From assembly GCA_963675665.1 (NCBI GenBank), contig OY776510.1, positions 2,848,001 through 2,912,000 of the forward strand: 64,000 bases of DNA. The letters run 5' to 3'. Position numbers and translations under genes: made by a program. The notes under the pieces are model-generated. The model did not search any database. It was not told where the DNA came from and was given only the letters and a program-made list of their open reading frames with translations. The stretch's first letter is position 1, and each line of letters begins with the position of its first letter. The stretch is from Spirochaetia bacterium. GTDB lineage: Bacteria > Spirochaetota > Spirochaetia > UBA9216. Below are positions 39,586 through 48,469 of the stretch, one piece after another.

Positions 39586-41057
39586 TGAAAAGATATTTTG
39601 ACAATAAAATGAATAAAATCCTGGTTTTACAAGCTATCCCGTTCTTCATTACAGTGACGGTTATTCTGCTGGCGTCCTGCGGTTCGGCGGGACTGGCAGC
39701 GCCTGAAAAACCCGTAGCGGCTGATCCCGATCCGGAAAACCCGAACCGGATTGAGCTGAGCTGGAAGGCCGTCGACGGAGCCGATATCTATTATGTATAC
39801 CGAAGTACGTCCGAAACCGGCAGCTACGTTAATTCAGGCTTTTCCGTAACATATAATGAAATTGAGGCCGATGACGGCGGCACGGAGATTCGTTACTCAT
39901 ATATCGAAAGCTTCGACGAGGGTAACGGCGGAACCTACTGGTATAAAATCACGGCCGCAACAGCCGAGGCTTCGGGAACCGTTGAAAGCGGGATGAGCCC
40001 GGCCGGTGATGCTTCGACATACAGCGGCACCTGGGGCGCAGCAAAGGACCTCGGCGCCGCCGGACAGCTGAAACTTGTCGCCGGTCTAAACTCGCTGTAC
40101 GCGCTCTATTCGGCTGAAGCCGGAAGCGATGTAATAAATATGCAGATATACGCAGAGGGCTGGACTGCGGCGGCATCGCCCGGAACAACCGACGGAGGCG
40201 AGAATGGTCCGTTCACGGTTTTCCTCAGCGGCGGCGAACTCTACACGGTTTTCAGTGATAGTCCGGCCCCGGCATCGGGCGCTGTCTCTATTCAGTATTA
40301 CCAGGATCCTGGAACCGGTGTTTTTGCATGGGAAGCTGTCGGCGCCGAAGGTTTTAACGGAGCTGCCGCTTCCGGTCTGTCGGCAGCAGCGGTCGGTTTT
40401 GCAGGTGATATATACTCGGCTTTTATTGAAACCGGCGGCGGAGAGGTCGGTGCCCAACTGTATAAAAATAACGAGGAAATAGATCTGCTTGCATTGATTG
40501 GTCCTATTGACGTTGCTTCGAACCTTAGGCTTGTTTCCCATAACAACAATCTCTATTTCGGTTATGAATACACCGACGGTTTGTACCTGCGTGAATACGA
40601 TACCGTCTTCGAAACCCTTGATACCGGCGGGCAGGTTACGACATCGGACATAGACGACGGAAATATAGTGTTTGTATCCGGCGGGGGCAGCCTTTACGCG
40701 GTTTATATCGAGGTCGGCGGTACGGAAGTAATTGTTCAGCAGCTGATCGGCGATGTCTGGATGCCGGTTGCAACGACGGGCGAACTTGTTACAACCGACA
40801 GCGCAGCATACGGCGCGCTTACAGCGCACTGGTTTAACGGTTACCTGTATGTTTTTTATATTGATACGGACGCCGGCGGCACAGGCTGGGTGAAGTATTA
40901 TGACGCAGATGATGGATGGCTGAACGCCCAGAGAATCGGGGGAGCGGCTGTTACCGGCTCGACAGGTCTTAAAGCCTTTCAGCTTGCGTCATCGGGAAAT
41001 ACTCTTTATGCCGGCTGGATTGAAGGCGGAAACGCTTATGTTCGTATTCTTGAATAA
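39585..41057 (+). CDS. Lipoprotein with fibronectin type III domain and beta-propeller-like C-terminus
   Basis: LLASC lipobox, IELSWKAVDGADIYYVYRS...YWYKITA FN3 pattern. Confidence 0.7.
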   Translation: MKRYFDNKMNKILVLQAIPFFITVTVILLASCGSAGLAAPEKPVAADPDPENPNRIELSWKAVDGADIYYVYRSTSETGSYVNSGFSVTYNEIEADDGGTEIRYSYIESFDEGNGGTYWYKITAATAEASGTVESGMSPAGDASTYSGTWGAAKDLGAAGQLKLVAGLNSLYALYSAEAGSDVINMQIYAEGWTAAASPGTTDGGENGPFTVFLSGGELYTVFSDSPAPASGAVSIQYYQDPGTGVFAWEAVGAEGFNGAAASGLSAAAVGFAGDIYSAFIETGGGEVGAQLYKNNEEIDLLALIGPIDVASNLRLVSHNNNLYFGYEYTDGLYLREYDTVFETLDTGGQVTTSDIDDGNIVFVSGGGSLYAVYIEVGGTEVIVQQLIGDVWMPVATTGELVTTDSAAYGALTAHWFNGYLYVFYIDTDAGGTGWVKYYDADDGWLNAQRIGGAAVTGSTGLKAFQLASSGNTLYAGWIEGGNAYVRILE

Positions 41058-41102
41058 CGCTTATGCTTGAATAAATAGCAATCTCGGTCTAAAGTAATAA
41101 TT

Positions 41103-42242
41103 ATGGAAAATAAAGAACGTCAAATCAGGGATCTTGAAAAGAAAATTGACCTGGCCGAATCAGTAATAGATGTACAGTATGAAAATATCGGCGAAGTTAT
41201 TTTTGCCGCAGAAGCGGAGAAGAAAGAATCTTCACTGGCTTCAGGTATTTTACGCGAGATTGATGAAATCGACGATGAAGTTAACAGTGAACGTGAACGT
41301 ATCAACAACATTCTGAATGCTGTTGAACGCGCCGACGAAATAGAAGCAATCCGAAAAAGTCTTACAGAAAAAATCAGGTCCATTGAAAAGGACAATATCT
41401 CGAATTATGAAACAATAGGACGGGCAAGTTTCGAAGCCTTTAAAGCCGGCGAGCTTCCTTCTGATAAGTATGCGGATATTTTTTCCGAAATAGTAAAAAC
41501 AATGGTCAAGATCGATGACCATGAGGCGGAAGCAACAAGGCTTGAAGATAAAACCGATCAGCTGGGGCTGTTCGACAAGATGAAATCCGGAGCAAGGAAG
41601 ATCTATCTTAAAAATGCCGTCAACGGATATTATCGACAGCTGCAACGCCAATACAAGAAGGCGGGAGCAAATATCTGTCATTCGGAACTGGTTATGAACC
41701 TCGAAGCTGAATCGGTTGAAAAGGCCATGACGCCTTTTCGTGAAAATCTCGAAGGTCTTGAAAAACTTGAAAAAGAAGATCAGGAGCTGACTTCGGAAAC
41801 TGAAAAATTGCAGGGCAACCTTGAAGGTCTCGGGGTTCAGTCCAATGCAGTTAAAACAGTCAATGATATCGAGAAGCACATCAATAAGCTTTATCTGGCA
41901 AGGAAGGACAAGCAAAGAGAAGCCGGCCAGCTGATATTTCTGAATCAGAAAGATGTTCTTGCCAGGTCCTCAAAGGTAAAAGTGATACTGAAAGAAATCC
42001 GGAATGAGAAAGATGTAATCACTGAAAGCCGGGAAGAAATCGAACGGTGTAAAGCAGAAATTGAAATTGAGAAACACAACAGGGAAATAAAAGCTCTTAA
42101 TCGAAAAATCAACGGATTTGAAGAAAAGATATCATCTTACAGCCAGGAGGCGGATCAGCTTAAGGAAAAGATACAGCAGGCTGAGCAGAATATAAAAAAA
42201 CTGGAGACTTCATCAGGCAATGGAGAGGAAGAAAATGGCTAA
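41103..42242 (+). CDS. Coiled-coil hypothetical protein
   Basis: E/K/I/L-rich heptads over 379 aa, with an apparent internal repeat (YENIGE / YETIGR / YKKAGA). Confidence 0.7.
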   Translation: MENKERQIRDLEKKIDLAESVIDVQYENIGEVIFAAEAEKKESSLASGILREIDEIDDEVNSERERINNILNAVERADEIEAIRKSLTEKIRSIEKDNISNYETIGRASFEAFKAGELPSDKYADIFSEIVKTMVKIDDHEAEATRLEDKTDQLGLFDKMKSGARKIYLKNAVNGYYRQLQRQYKKAGANICHSELVMNLEAESVEKAMTPFRENLEGLEKLEKEDQELTSETEKLQGNLEGLGVQSNAVKTVNDIEKHINKLYLARKDKQREAGQLIFLNQKDVLARSSKVKVILKEIRNEKDVITESREEIERCKAEIEIEKHNREIKALNRKINGFEEKISSYSQEADQLKEKIQQAEQNIKKLETSSGNGEEENG

Positions 42243-42984
42243 GATTGGAATTATCGGCGGAAGCGGACTGGATAACCCCGAAATACTTAAAGATGCTTTA
42301 GACAAAGAAGTCGACACCTGTTGGGGCAAGCCTTCATGTCCGCTGAAAGCGGGTACTATAGCAGGAAAGGAAGTAATCATCATAGGACGTCACGGCCGGG
42401 AGCATACAATCCCTCCGACTCAGGTTAACTACAGGGCAAATATTCAGGCGCTCAAGGATGCCGGGTGCACACATATTATAGCTACCACGGCAGTAGGTTC
42501 GCTGCGGCAGGAGATAGGCCGTGGGCATTTTGTCGTACTGGATCAGTTTATTGATTTCACCCGGCACCGGGACATTACTTTTTACGAAAGTTTCGAGCCC
42601 GGCAAGATGGTCCATACCGGAATGGCGGACCCGTTTAACTCCGAACTCCGGAAACTGCTCATTTTAAAGGCTGACGAACTCGGGCTGGAGTATCATCCGG
42701 TTGGAACAGTAATTACCATTGAAGGTCCGCGTTTTTCCACCAGGGCGGAATCTCATATGTTCAGATTATGGGGAGCCGACGTAATCAATATGTCTATAGC
42801 CCCCGAGACAATTCTGGCAAATGAAGCCGGAATTCCCTACGCGGCTGTGGCCATGAGTACCGATTACGACTGCTGGAAGGAAGACGAGGCTCCTGTAAGC
42901 TGGGAAGCGGTGCTTGAGGTTTTTGAAAACAATGTCGAAAAAATGATCAGGCTGTTGACCGCCGTAATTCCGGAGATCAATTGA
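42235..42984 (+). CDS. mtnP: S-methyl-5'-thioadenosine phosphorylase
   Basis: IGIIGGSG, RHGREH, NYRANI, EGPRFSTRAES, VINMS and TDYDCW. Confidence 0.93.
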   Translation: MAKIGIIGGSGLDNPEILKDALDKEVDTCWGKPSCPLKAGTIAGKEVIIIGRHGREHTIPPTQVNYRANIQALKDAGCTHIIATTAVGSLRQEIGRGHFVVLDQFIDFTRHRDITFYESFEPGKMVHTGMADPFNSELRKLLILKADELGLEYHPVGTVITIEGPRFSTRAESHMFRLWGADVINMSIAPETILANEAGIPYAAVAMSTDYDCWKEDEAPVSWEAVLEVFENNVEKMIRLLTAVIPEIN

Positions 42985-43667
42985 TAGCGCTTACCGCCGC
43001 AATGCAGCCTGAAATCGGGTTTCTAAAATCCTCAATAACCGAGCAGGAAATTATCAGGTGGAGCAACTGGGAGTTCATAATAGGCCGTCTGGGAGGGCGG
43101 GAAGTTGTTGCTGTAAAGACCGGAATCGGCAAGGTCCTTGCTGCAGCAGTTACACAGAAAATTATAGATCAGTTTTCTCCTTCTGCAATTATAATGAGCG
43201 GTATAGGAGGTTCGATTAACCCTGAAATACGAAGAGGCGATCTGGTAATCGGCATGGATTGTGTTCAGCATGATTTTGATTCGACCGAATTCGGTTTTAG
43301 GCGCGGACATATACCGCATTCAGATTATCACATCATTCCTTCGGATCCGAATTTAGTCAGAACAGCCTTGCTTTATAAAAAAGAACCGCTGAAAACCGGA
43401 CGAATTCTTACTGGAGACCAGTTTATTACCCGCGCGCATGAAAAAGAGTTTGAATACCTTAGAAATGAACTTAATGGAGATATTGTTGAGATGGAAGGGG
43501 CGGCTGCAGGATTGACTGCATTAATAAATGATGTGCCGTTTCTTATTATCCGGGTAGTCTCGGACAATGCCGACGGGGAATCAAAAGGCAGTTACAGGAA
43601 ATTCGTAAATACTGCTTCGGAACGCAGCTTTCATTTAATTGAACACATTCTAATGAACCTGGAATAA
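42981..43667 (+). CDS. mtnN: 5'-methylthioadenosine/S-adenosylhomocysteine nucleosidase
   Basis: GIGKV.AA, VQHDFD, TGDQF, EMEGAA and RVVSD. Confidence 0.9.
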   Translation: MIALTAAMQPEIGFLKSSITEQEIIRWSNWEFIIGRLGGREVVAVKTGIGKVLAAAVTQKIIDQFSPSAIIMSGIGGSINPEIRRGDLVIGMDCVQHDFDSTEFGFRRGHIPHSDYHIIPSDPNLVRTALLYKKEPLKTGRILTGDQFITRAHEKEFEYLRNELNGDIVEMEGAAAGLTALINDVPFLIIRVVSDNADGESKGSYRKFVNTASERSFHLIEHILMNLE

Positions 43668-43671
43668 ATAA

Positions 43672-44583
43672 TTGAAAAAAATATCAGTGCCCGAGAGCAC
43701 CAGAGCTGAAGGAATTCTGGCTTTTACAACCATATTGTGGGGTATGACGTTTATAGTGATAAAGACGGGTCTTCATGATGCGTCTCCCATGATTTTTCTT
43801 TGTATCCGTTTCGGCGCTGCATTTATAATCTACACAATTTTATTCCGCAGACATTTCAGGAAACTTGGCAGGAAGACGATTGTCAGGGCTGTTTTTCTTT
43901 CACTGTTTTTTTTCAGCGGGTATGCTTTTCAGACTATAGGATTGAAATATACTACAGTTGCAAAATCGGCGTTGTTTACGTATATGTTTGCAGTGTTTGT
44001 TCCTCCGCTGCAGTTTTTCTTTACCGGCAAGAAACCGAAAATCCTGAATATTACGGCTCTCGTGATAGTTTTTTTGGGAATGTATATATTTACGGCCCCG
44101 GGAAACTCAACACTGAATACCGGTGATTTTCTGACCTTAATAGGAGCAGTAGGTTATTCTTTCTTTATCATATTTGTTGATCGCTATACCGGAGAAGAGG
44201 ATCCTGTCGTTCTTACGGGTTTTCAGTTCCTTGTAAGCGCAGCAGTTGCAGGCGTAATGTCGATATTCCTTGAGGATACTTTTGTGATCCCCACACTGAG
44301 CCTGACGGTATCGATACTTTATCTTGCAATTCCGGGCAGCGTTATTGCCATCCTGTTTATGAATAAATACCAGGGAAGGACGACTCCGATTAAAGCCTGC
44401 ATAATCTATGCGCTTGAACCGGTTTTTACAATCTTCTTCGGCTGGATTATTCTTCATGAAAAGCTGACTTCTTCCGAAATGCTTGGGGCTGTGCTTATTC
44501 TGGCGGGAGTGATTTTTACCGAGCTTGCGGGAATAATAAAAAAACGCCCCGCGATGCTGAATCGGCGGGACGGTGGACCCTAG
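43672..44583 (+). CDS. DMT/EamA-family transporter
   Basis: 10 TM segments, LWGMTF, FQTIGLKYTT and ALEPVF. Confidence 0.9.
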   Translation: MKKISVPESTRAEGILAFTTILWGMTFIVIKTGLHDASPMIFLCIRFGAAFIIYTILFRRHFRKLGRKTIVRAVFLSLFFFSGYAFQTIGLKYTTVAKSALFTYMFAVFVPPLQFFFTGKKPKILNITALVIVFLGMYIFTAPGNSTLNTGDFLTLIGAVGYSFFIIFVDRYTGEEDPVVLTGFQFLVSAAVAGVMSIFLEDTFVIPTLSLTVSILYLAIPGSVIAILFMNKYQGRTTPIKACIIYALEPVFTIFFGWIILHEKLTSSEMLGAVLILAGVIFTELAGIIKKRPAMLNRRDGGP

Positions 44584-45030
44584 CTATTTCAGAATAAAAT
44601 AGATGTTTGTCAAAAGCTCTTCTACCGGGACTTCTTCAGGAGAATTCAGATACTCTTCATACATGAACTCTTCGGGTATACGGTTCTGCTCTTTGCAGAA
44701 CGCGGAAAGTTCAGTATAGGTTTTTTCAAGGCTATCATACGGCCCTTTGTGAGTCGCTGTAGCCTGTTCTCCTCCGGGAAGTCTGGAACGTTTGACCCTG
44801 CCGTGATCAGTTGAAGCCCCGGTTGCCGGGAACCCCGCTTCGATATCCAGGTTTTCCATATCCATATTGTAATAAATTACAAAAGGCGCCCCGGTACAGG
44901 TGATTCCGTCAGTGCCGAACAGAGAAGCAATTTCACCGTATATTGAACCGAGATTTTCAGGCATATCTGCCAGTGATGTGAACATCCTTACGCTCAGGGT
45001 GTCCGTTTCATTTTTCGTAATAATTTTCAT
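44584..45030 (-). CDS. GyrI-like small-molecule-binding protein
   Basis: HKGPYDSL...EEYLNSP...LLT pattern. Confidence 0.85.
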   Translation of the reverse strand: MKIITKNETDTLSVRMFTSLADMPENLGSIYGEIASLFGTDGITCTGAPFVIYYNMDMENLDIEAGFPATGASTDHGRVKRSRLPGGEQATATHKGPYDSLEKTYTELSAFCKEQNRIPEEFMYEEYLNSPEEVPVEELLTNIYFILK

Positions 45031-45073
45031 AATTTTCCTCCGTTGAAATAATGATTACAGTCTAAACATCATA

Positions 45074-45093
45074 TACGACAACAGTATGTCGTA
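45074..45093. promoter_or_regulatory. Putative WYL-regulator binding palindrome
   Basis: TACGACA-ACAGTA-TGTCGTA between the WYL gene stop and the GyrI-like gene start. Confidence 0.7.
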
Positions 45094-45104
45094 ATTGGAA
45101 AAAA

Positions 45105-46040
45105 TTATTCGTAAATCGATGCAATTTTTTCGGCGCCGTCCCGGATTATTTCTCTTAAGCGGGGAGGCTCAAGCACTTCAACAAACTGGCCGAAGCTGAG
45201 GATGTATCCGTAAAGCCACCCGCTTTCAGGCATTCTGATGTTAATTACAATATGTTTGTCATCACGATATTCAATATCCTCAGCACGGTAATATTCTTCA
45301 ACAACTGTCCACATTTCCTTGTCGAACCGGAGTTTTATATCCAGCATATCCGGCTGTATACGGTTTCCTGTTTCTGTTTCGAAATCGTCAAAGCTTTTCT
45401 TTCTTCTGTTAAAAGTTTTGGGAAGAATCTCGGGATTGCGAATTTTTGAAGCGCGAAAGATCCTGTAATCATCTTTAAGTCTGCAGTACCCGAACAGATA
45501 CCAGGCCCGCCATTTAAATACAATAGTCATCGGTTCCACTGTTCTGACGGAATGTTCCAGTTTATTGTTGATATAATTGAAATTCAACAGCCTGTCGGCT
45601 TCAACCGCGTTCTGAACGATATTAAGGACCTTGCGCTGCTCCTCATTTCCTCCGAGCATGCTGAAATCAATATGCAGTTTTTCATGACGTTCATTGAAAG
45701 CGGCTGTATCAACCGCGGGAATAAGACCGGTCATCTTTTCTATTGTGTTATTGATTTTTTTATCTTCCAGCGAAGAACCGATACCTTTCAACGAAGATAT
45801 TATATAATAAAGATCGTCGAGACTTATAAGCTGCCTGTCCATTTTGTAGGTATCCATAATACTGTACCCGCCGTTAGGGCCCTGAATGCTTACAACAGGT
45901 ATTCCTGCAAGGTCTATGGTTTCCATATCACGCTGTATTGTGCGGACGGAAACATCAAAACGGTCGGAAAGTTCCCGTGCGCTGACCAGGTCGCGGTTCA
46001 GCAGGTATACAATAATGGACAGAAGGCGATCTATCTTCAT
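45105..46040 (-). CDS. HTH-WYL-WCX transcriptional regulator (YafY-like)
   Basis: MKIDRLLSI...VSVRTIQRD..GPNGGY, RTVEPM..WYLFGYC...RIFR and VEVLEP. Confidence 0.93.
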   Translation of the reverse strand: MKIDRLLSIIVYLLNRDLVSARELSDRFDVSVRTIQRDMETIDLAGIPVVSIQGPNGGYSIMDTYKMDRQLISLDDLYYIISSLKGIGSSLEDKKINNTIEKMTGLIPAVDTAAFNERHEKLHIDFSMLGGNEEQRKVLNIVQNAVEADRLLNFNYINNKLEHSVRTVEPMTIVFKWRAWYLFGYCRLKDDYRIFRASKIRNPEILPKTFNRRKKSFDDFETETGNRIQPDMLDIKLRFDKEMWTVVEEYYRAEDIEYRDDKHIVINIRMPESGWLYGYILSFGQFVEVLEPPRLREIIRDGAEKIASIYE

Positions 46041-46086
46041 ACTGCGATGATAAGTTCCACTCCTGAAAACGTCAAGGTAACGACCA

Positions 46087-46115
46087 TTGACTTTTTAAGA
46101 ATAGAAAGGTATATT
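46087..46115 (+). promoter_or_regulatory. Putative sigma70 promoter
   Basis: TTGACT-17 nt-TATATT, upstream of the AGGAGG RBS. Confidence 0.6.
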
Positions 46116-46147
46116 AACTGACCTGAAAGGTTTTATAGGAGATTAAG

Positions 46148-46342
46148 ATGTCGAAAGCACATAGAGGTTTCGGAGTACGCGAACTTGTAAGCAATGGCAG
46201 GGGGACATGTCCTGTATGCGGCAGAACTGGTATCAAAGTTCTTTATGAATATGAAAAAGACGGAAAGAAGTTCAATATATGCAAACAGTGCAAGGTTGCA
46301 ATTGCAAGAGGCAAAAAGGCTGATGCCGTATCAGCTCTTTAA
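46148..46342 (+). CDS. Small basic zinc-ribbon protein (CxxC...CxxC)
   Basis: AGGAGG RBS, 64 aa, CPVC and CKQC, own promoter and terminator. Confidence 0.8.
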   Translation: MSKAHRGFGVRELVSNGRGTCPVCGRTGIKVLYEYEKDGKKFNICKQCKVAIARGKKADAVSAL

Positions 46343-46372
46343 ATAAACGTTACAAACCTGTACGTTTAAACC

Positions 46373-46410
46373 AGAACCCCGGCAGTGCTGACGCATGACC
46401 GGGGTTTTTT
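46373..46410 (+). terminator. Intrinsic terminator
   Basis: AACCCCGG...CCGGGGTT followed by a T-tract. Confidence 0.75.
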
Positions 46411-46433
46411 ATAGGTATGTCTGATAATCCTGA

Positions 46434-47138
46434 TTAGAATTTATAACCAATACATAGAAGAATGCCGGAATTAAAAGCTTTACGGTAACCCCCGTAAGTA
46501 TTCTCATCCTCGGGTGTAAAAGCCAGGGCAGACGTAACCGACACCGGAAAACGGAACTCGTAAACAAGGTGTCCGGCTTCATAACCGGCAGAGAATAAAA
46601 GTCCGGCATCATGCCGTCTGGCTTCGGTAATAATCTCCTCTTCTCCGATTGTTATATTTCCGTTTCCATTCCATTCTGATCCGGGAACATCGAATTTATA
46701 ACTGCCGCCGAGAAAATAACTGTAATATCCGCCGCCGCCCAGCCAGAAATTTTCTGTTTCCGAGAATGTGTAATTCCTTTTCAGCCATACAGGCAGCTCC
46801 AGGTAATGAAACCTCCATTTAAGGCTGCCGTCGGAAGCGTCAAGCGAGGCGCCCTTGCCGTTATAGCCGGCTTCGACCTGAACGGCAATTTCATCCGTAA
46901 TATTAAACTCAGCGCAGGCCCATGCCGCTCCCTGCAGGGCAAACATGGTAACGGAGTTCCAGCTGTTGTCTTCCAGCCAGAAAAAGCTGGGCAGTGATAA
47001 AGCTGCTTTCAATTCGGCTTCGAAAAATGCGGGCTGATCCGGGCCGGATTCCATAAGATCTTCAGCTGACAATGCCTGAGTGTAAAGCAGCAAAAGCAGT
47101 ATTGAAAGGGATATTTTAATTATTCTTTTTTTAACCAT
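46434..47138 (-). CDS. Outer-membrane beta-barrel (porin-like) protein
   Basis: Signal peptide, VQVEAGYNGKG...HYLELPV...GGYYSYFL, terminal GYKF. Confidence 0.75.
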   Translation of the reverse strand: MVKKRIIKISLSILLLLLYTQALSAEDLMESGPDQPAFFEAELKAALSLPSFFWLEDNSWNSVTMFALQGAAWACAEFNITDEIAVQVEAGYNGKGASLDASDGSLKWRFHYLELPVWLKRNYTFSETENFWLGGGGYYSYFLGGSYKFDVPGSEWNGNGNITIGEEEIITEARRHDAGLLFSAGYEAGHLVYEFRFPVSVTSALAFTPEDENTYGGYRKAFNSGILLCIGYKF

Positions 47139-47152
47139 AAGACCAGAATACG

Positions 47153-48385
47153 TCAGTTTGTCTTCGACGTCAAGAAATCCGCAATGCTTCCATGTTTGAT
47201 TGCCGAGATCCCTGAATCATAAAATTTCCTGATATCGGGATGATTTACCGGCCCGAAAATTGCCTCTACCACATCCACCGTATTGATCCCGGTAAGGCTT
47301 CTTGCCGGAACCCATGAACCGCCGTCGTCTCCTGCAGCAAGCAACAGGTTATTCGTCTGGAGAAGATCGGTCATTTCACGTATATCGCTGATAGAAACGG
47401 AAAAAATAGAAGCAAGCTGGTCCGTAGTAGGGCCCTTGCGGCCGTTTTCAAACTCTTCCGCTACTACGAGAAACAGTTCAAACCCGAAAGTCAGTTTTTC
47501 CGACGGAGACATGTCGCATGCCGGCTTTCCCATCCAGGATTTTTCCTTATGCTGCAGGATCCAGGCTGTTTCCATTGCTATCAGAATTATCATCCAGATA
47601 ATAAAAACCCAGAACAAAAAAATGGGAATGAGTGCAAGCGTACCGTAGATGACAGAGGTGCGGATAGCCCAGCTTGATAAATGAAAAAAGCCGTATTTAA
47701 GCAGTTCCCAGAACACCGATCCGACAGCCGATACAATTACAAGGTATTTTACCCTGACACGGCCCGAAGGCGTTATGCCGATTATCAGTAAAATGACGAA
47801 AAAATCAAAAATGTACGGCGCAATTCTGAGCAGGATTCTGTTGAGCACTGCAATATTTTCTATTTGCTTGAAAGAAAACTGCGACGACATGGTTGTGCTT
47901 GCAGCAAGAAGAAGGCTGCCGAATATTATTACCGATACATAGGTTGTGAACTTGCTTAGAAAATTAGTCTGTACCTTGCTTCCCCATACTGCGTTAAGAT
48001 TATCGCTGATGGTATTTAAAAGCAAAACGCTCGTTATTGTAAAGAAAACAAGCCCGACAACGCCGAGGGTGTTGGAATTTTCAAGAAACTGGTCAAGTAT
48101 GGCTATGACTTCAGCCTGCCGTGTCGGTATAAGCAGTCTGAAAATAAAGTCCATAATCTGAACCTGAACTACATCCAGAGCGCCGAATGCATTCATAAGC
48201 GACAGGACAAGGGCTGCAAAAGGGATGGCTGCCATTAATGTTGTATAAGCAAGACTTCCGGCCCTGGCAAATCCGGCATCCTTGATGAACTTTCTGTAGA
48301 CGTCGACTATAAGCTGGAACAGTGTTATCAGCAGAGAGATAAATATATTGTGTTTTCCGGTTTCCATTTCCATAATTTTATTCAT
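47153..48385 (-). CDS. YihY/BrkB-family inner-membrane protein
   Basis: AGSLAYTTL, NAVWG and IYGTLALIPIFLFW, plus a C-terminal winged-helix-like extension. Confidence 0.88.
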   Translation of the reverse strand: MNKIMEMETGKHNIFISLLITLFQLIVDVYRKFIKDAGFARAGSLAYTTLMAAIPFAALVLSLMNAFGALDVVQVQIMDFIFRLLIPTRQAEVIAILDQFLENSNTLGVVGLVFFTITSVLLLNTISDNLNAVWGSKVQTNFLSKFTTYVSVIIFGSLLLAASTTMSSQFSFKQIENIAVLNRILLRIAPYIFDFFVILLIIGITPSGRVRVKYLVIVSAVGSVFWELLKYGFFHLSSWAIRTSVIYGTLALIPIFLFWVFIIWMIILIAMETAWILQHKEKSWMGKPACDMSPSEKLTFGFELFLVVAEEFENGRKGPTTDQLASIFSVSISDIREMTDLLQTNNLLLAAGDDGGSWVPARSLTGINTVDVVEAIFGPVNHPDIRKFYDSGISAIKHGSIADFLTSKTN

Positions 48386-48469
48386 ATTGTTATAATATCG
48401 GTAATTACACCCAATTTCTATAAAATGCCCATAATTGAAATTATTACTGAAATAATCTATTATACTGCC

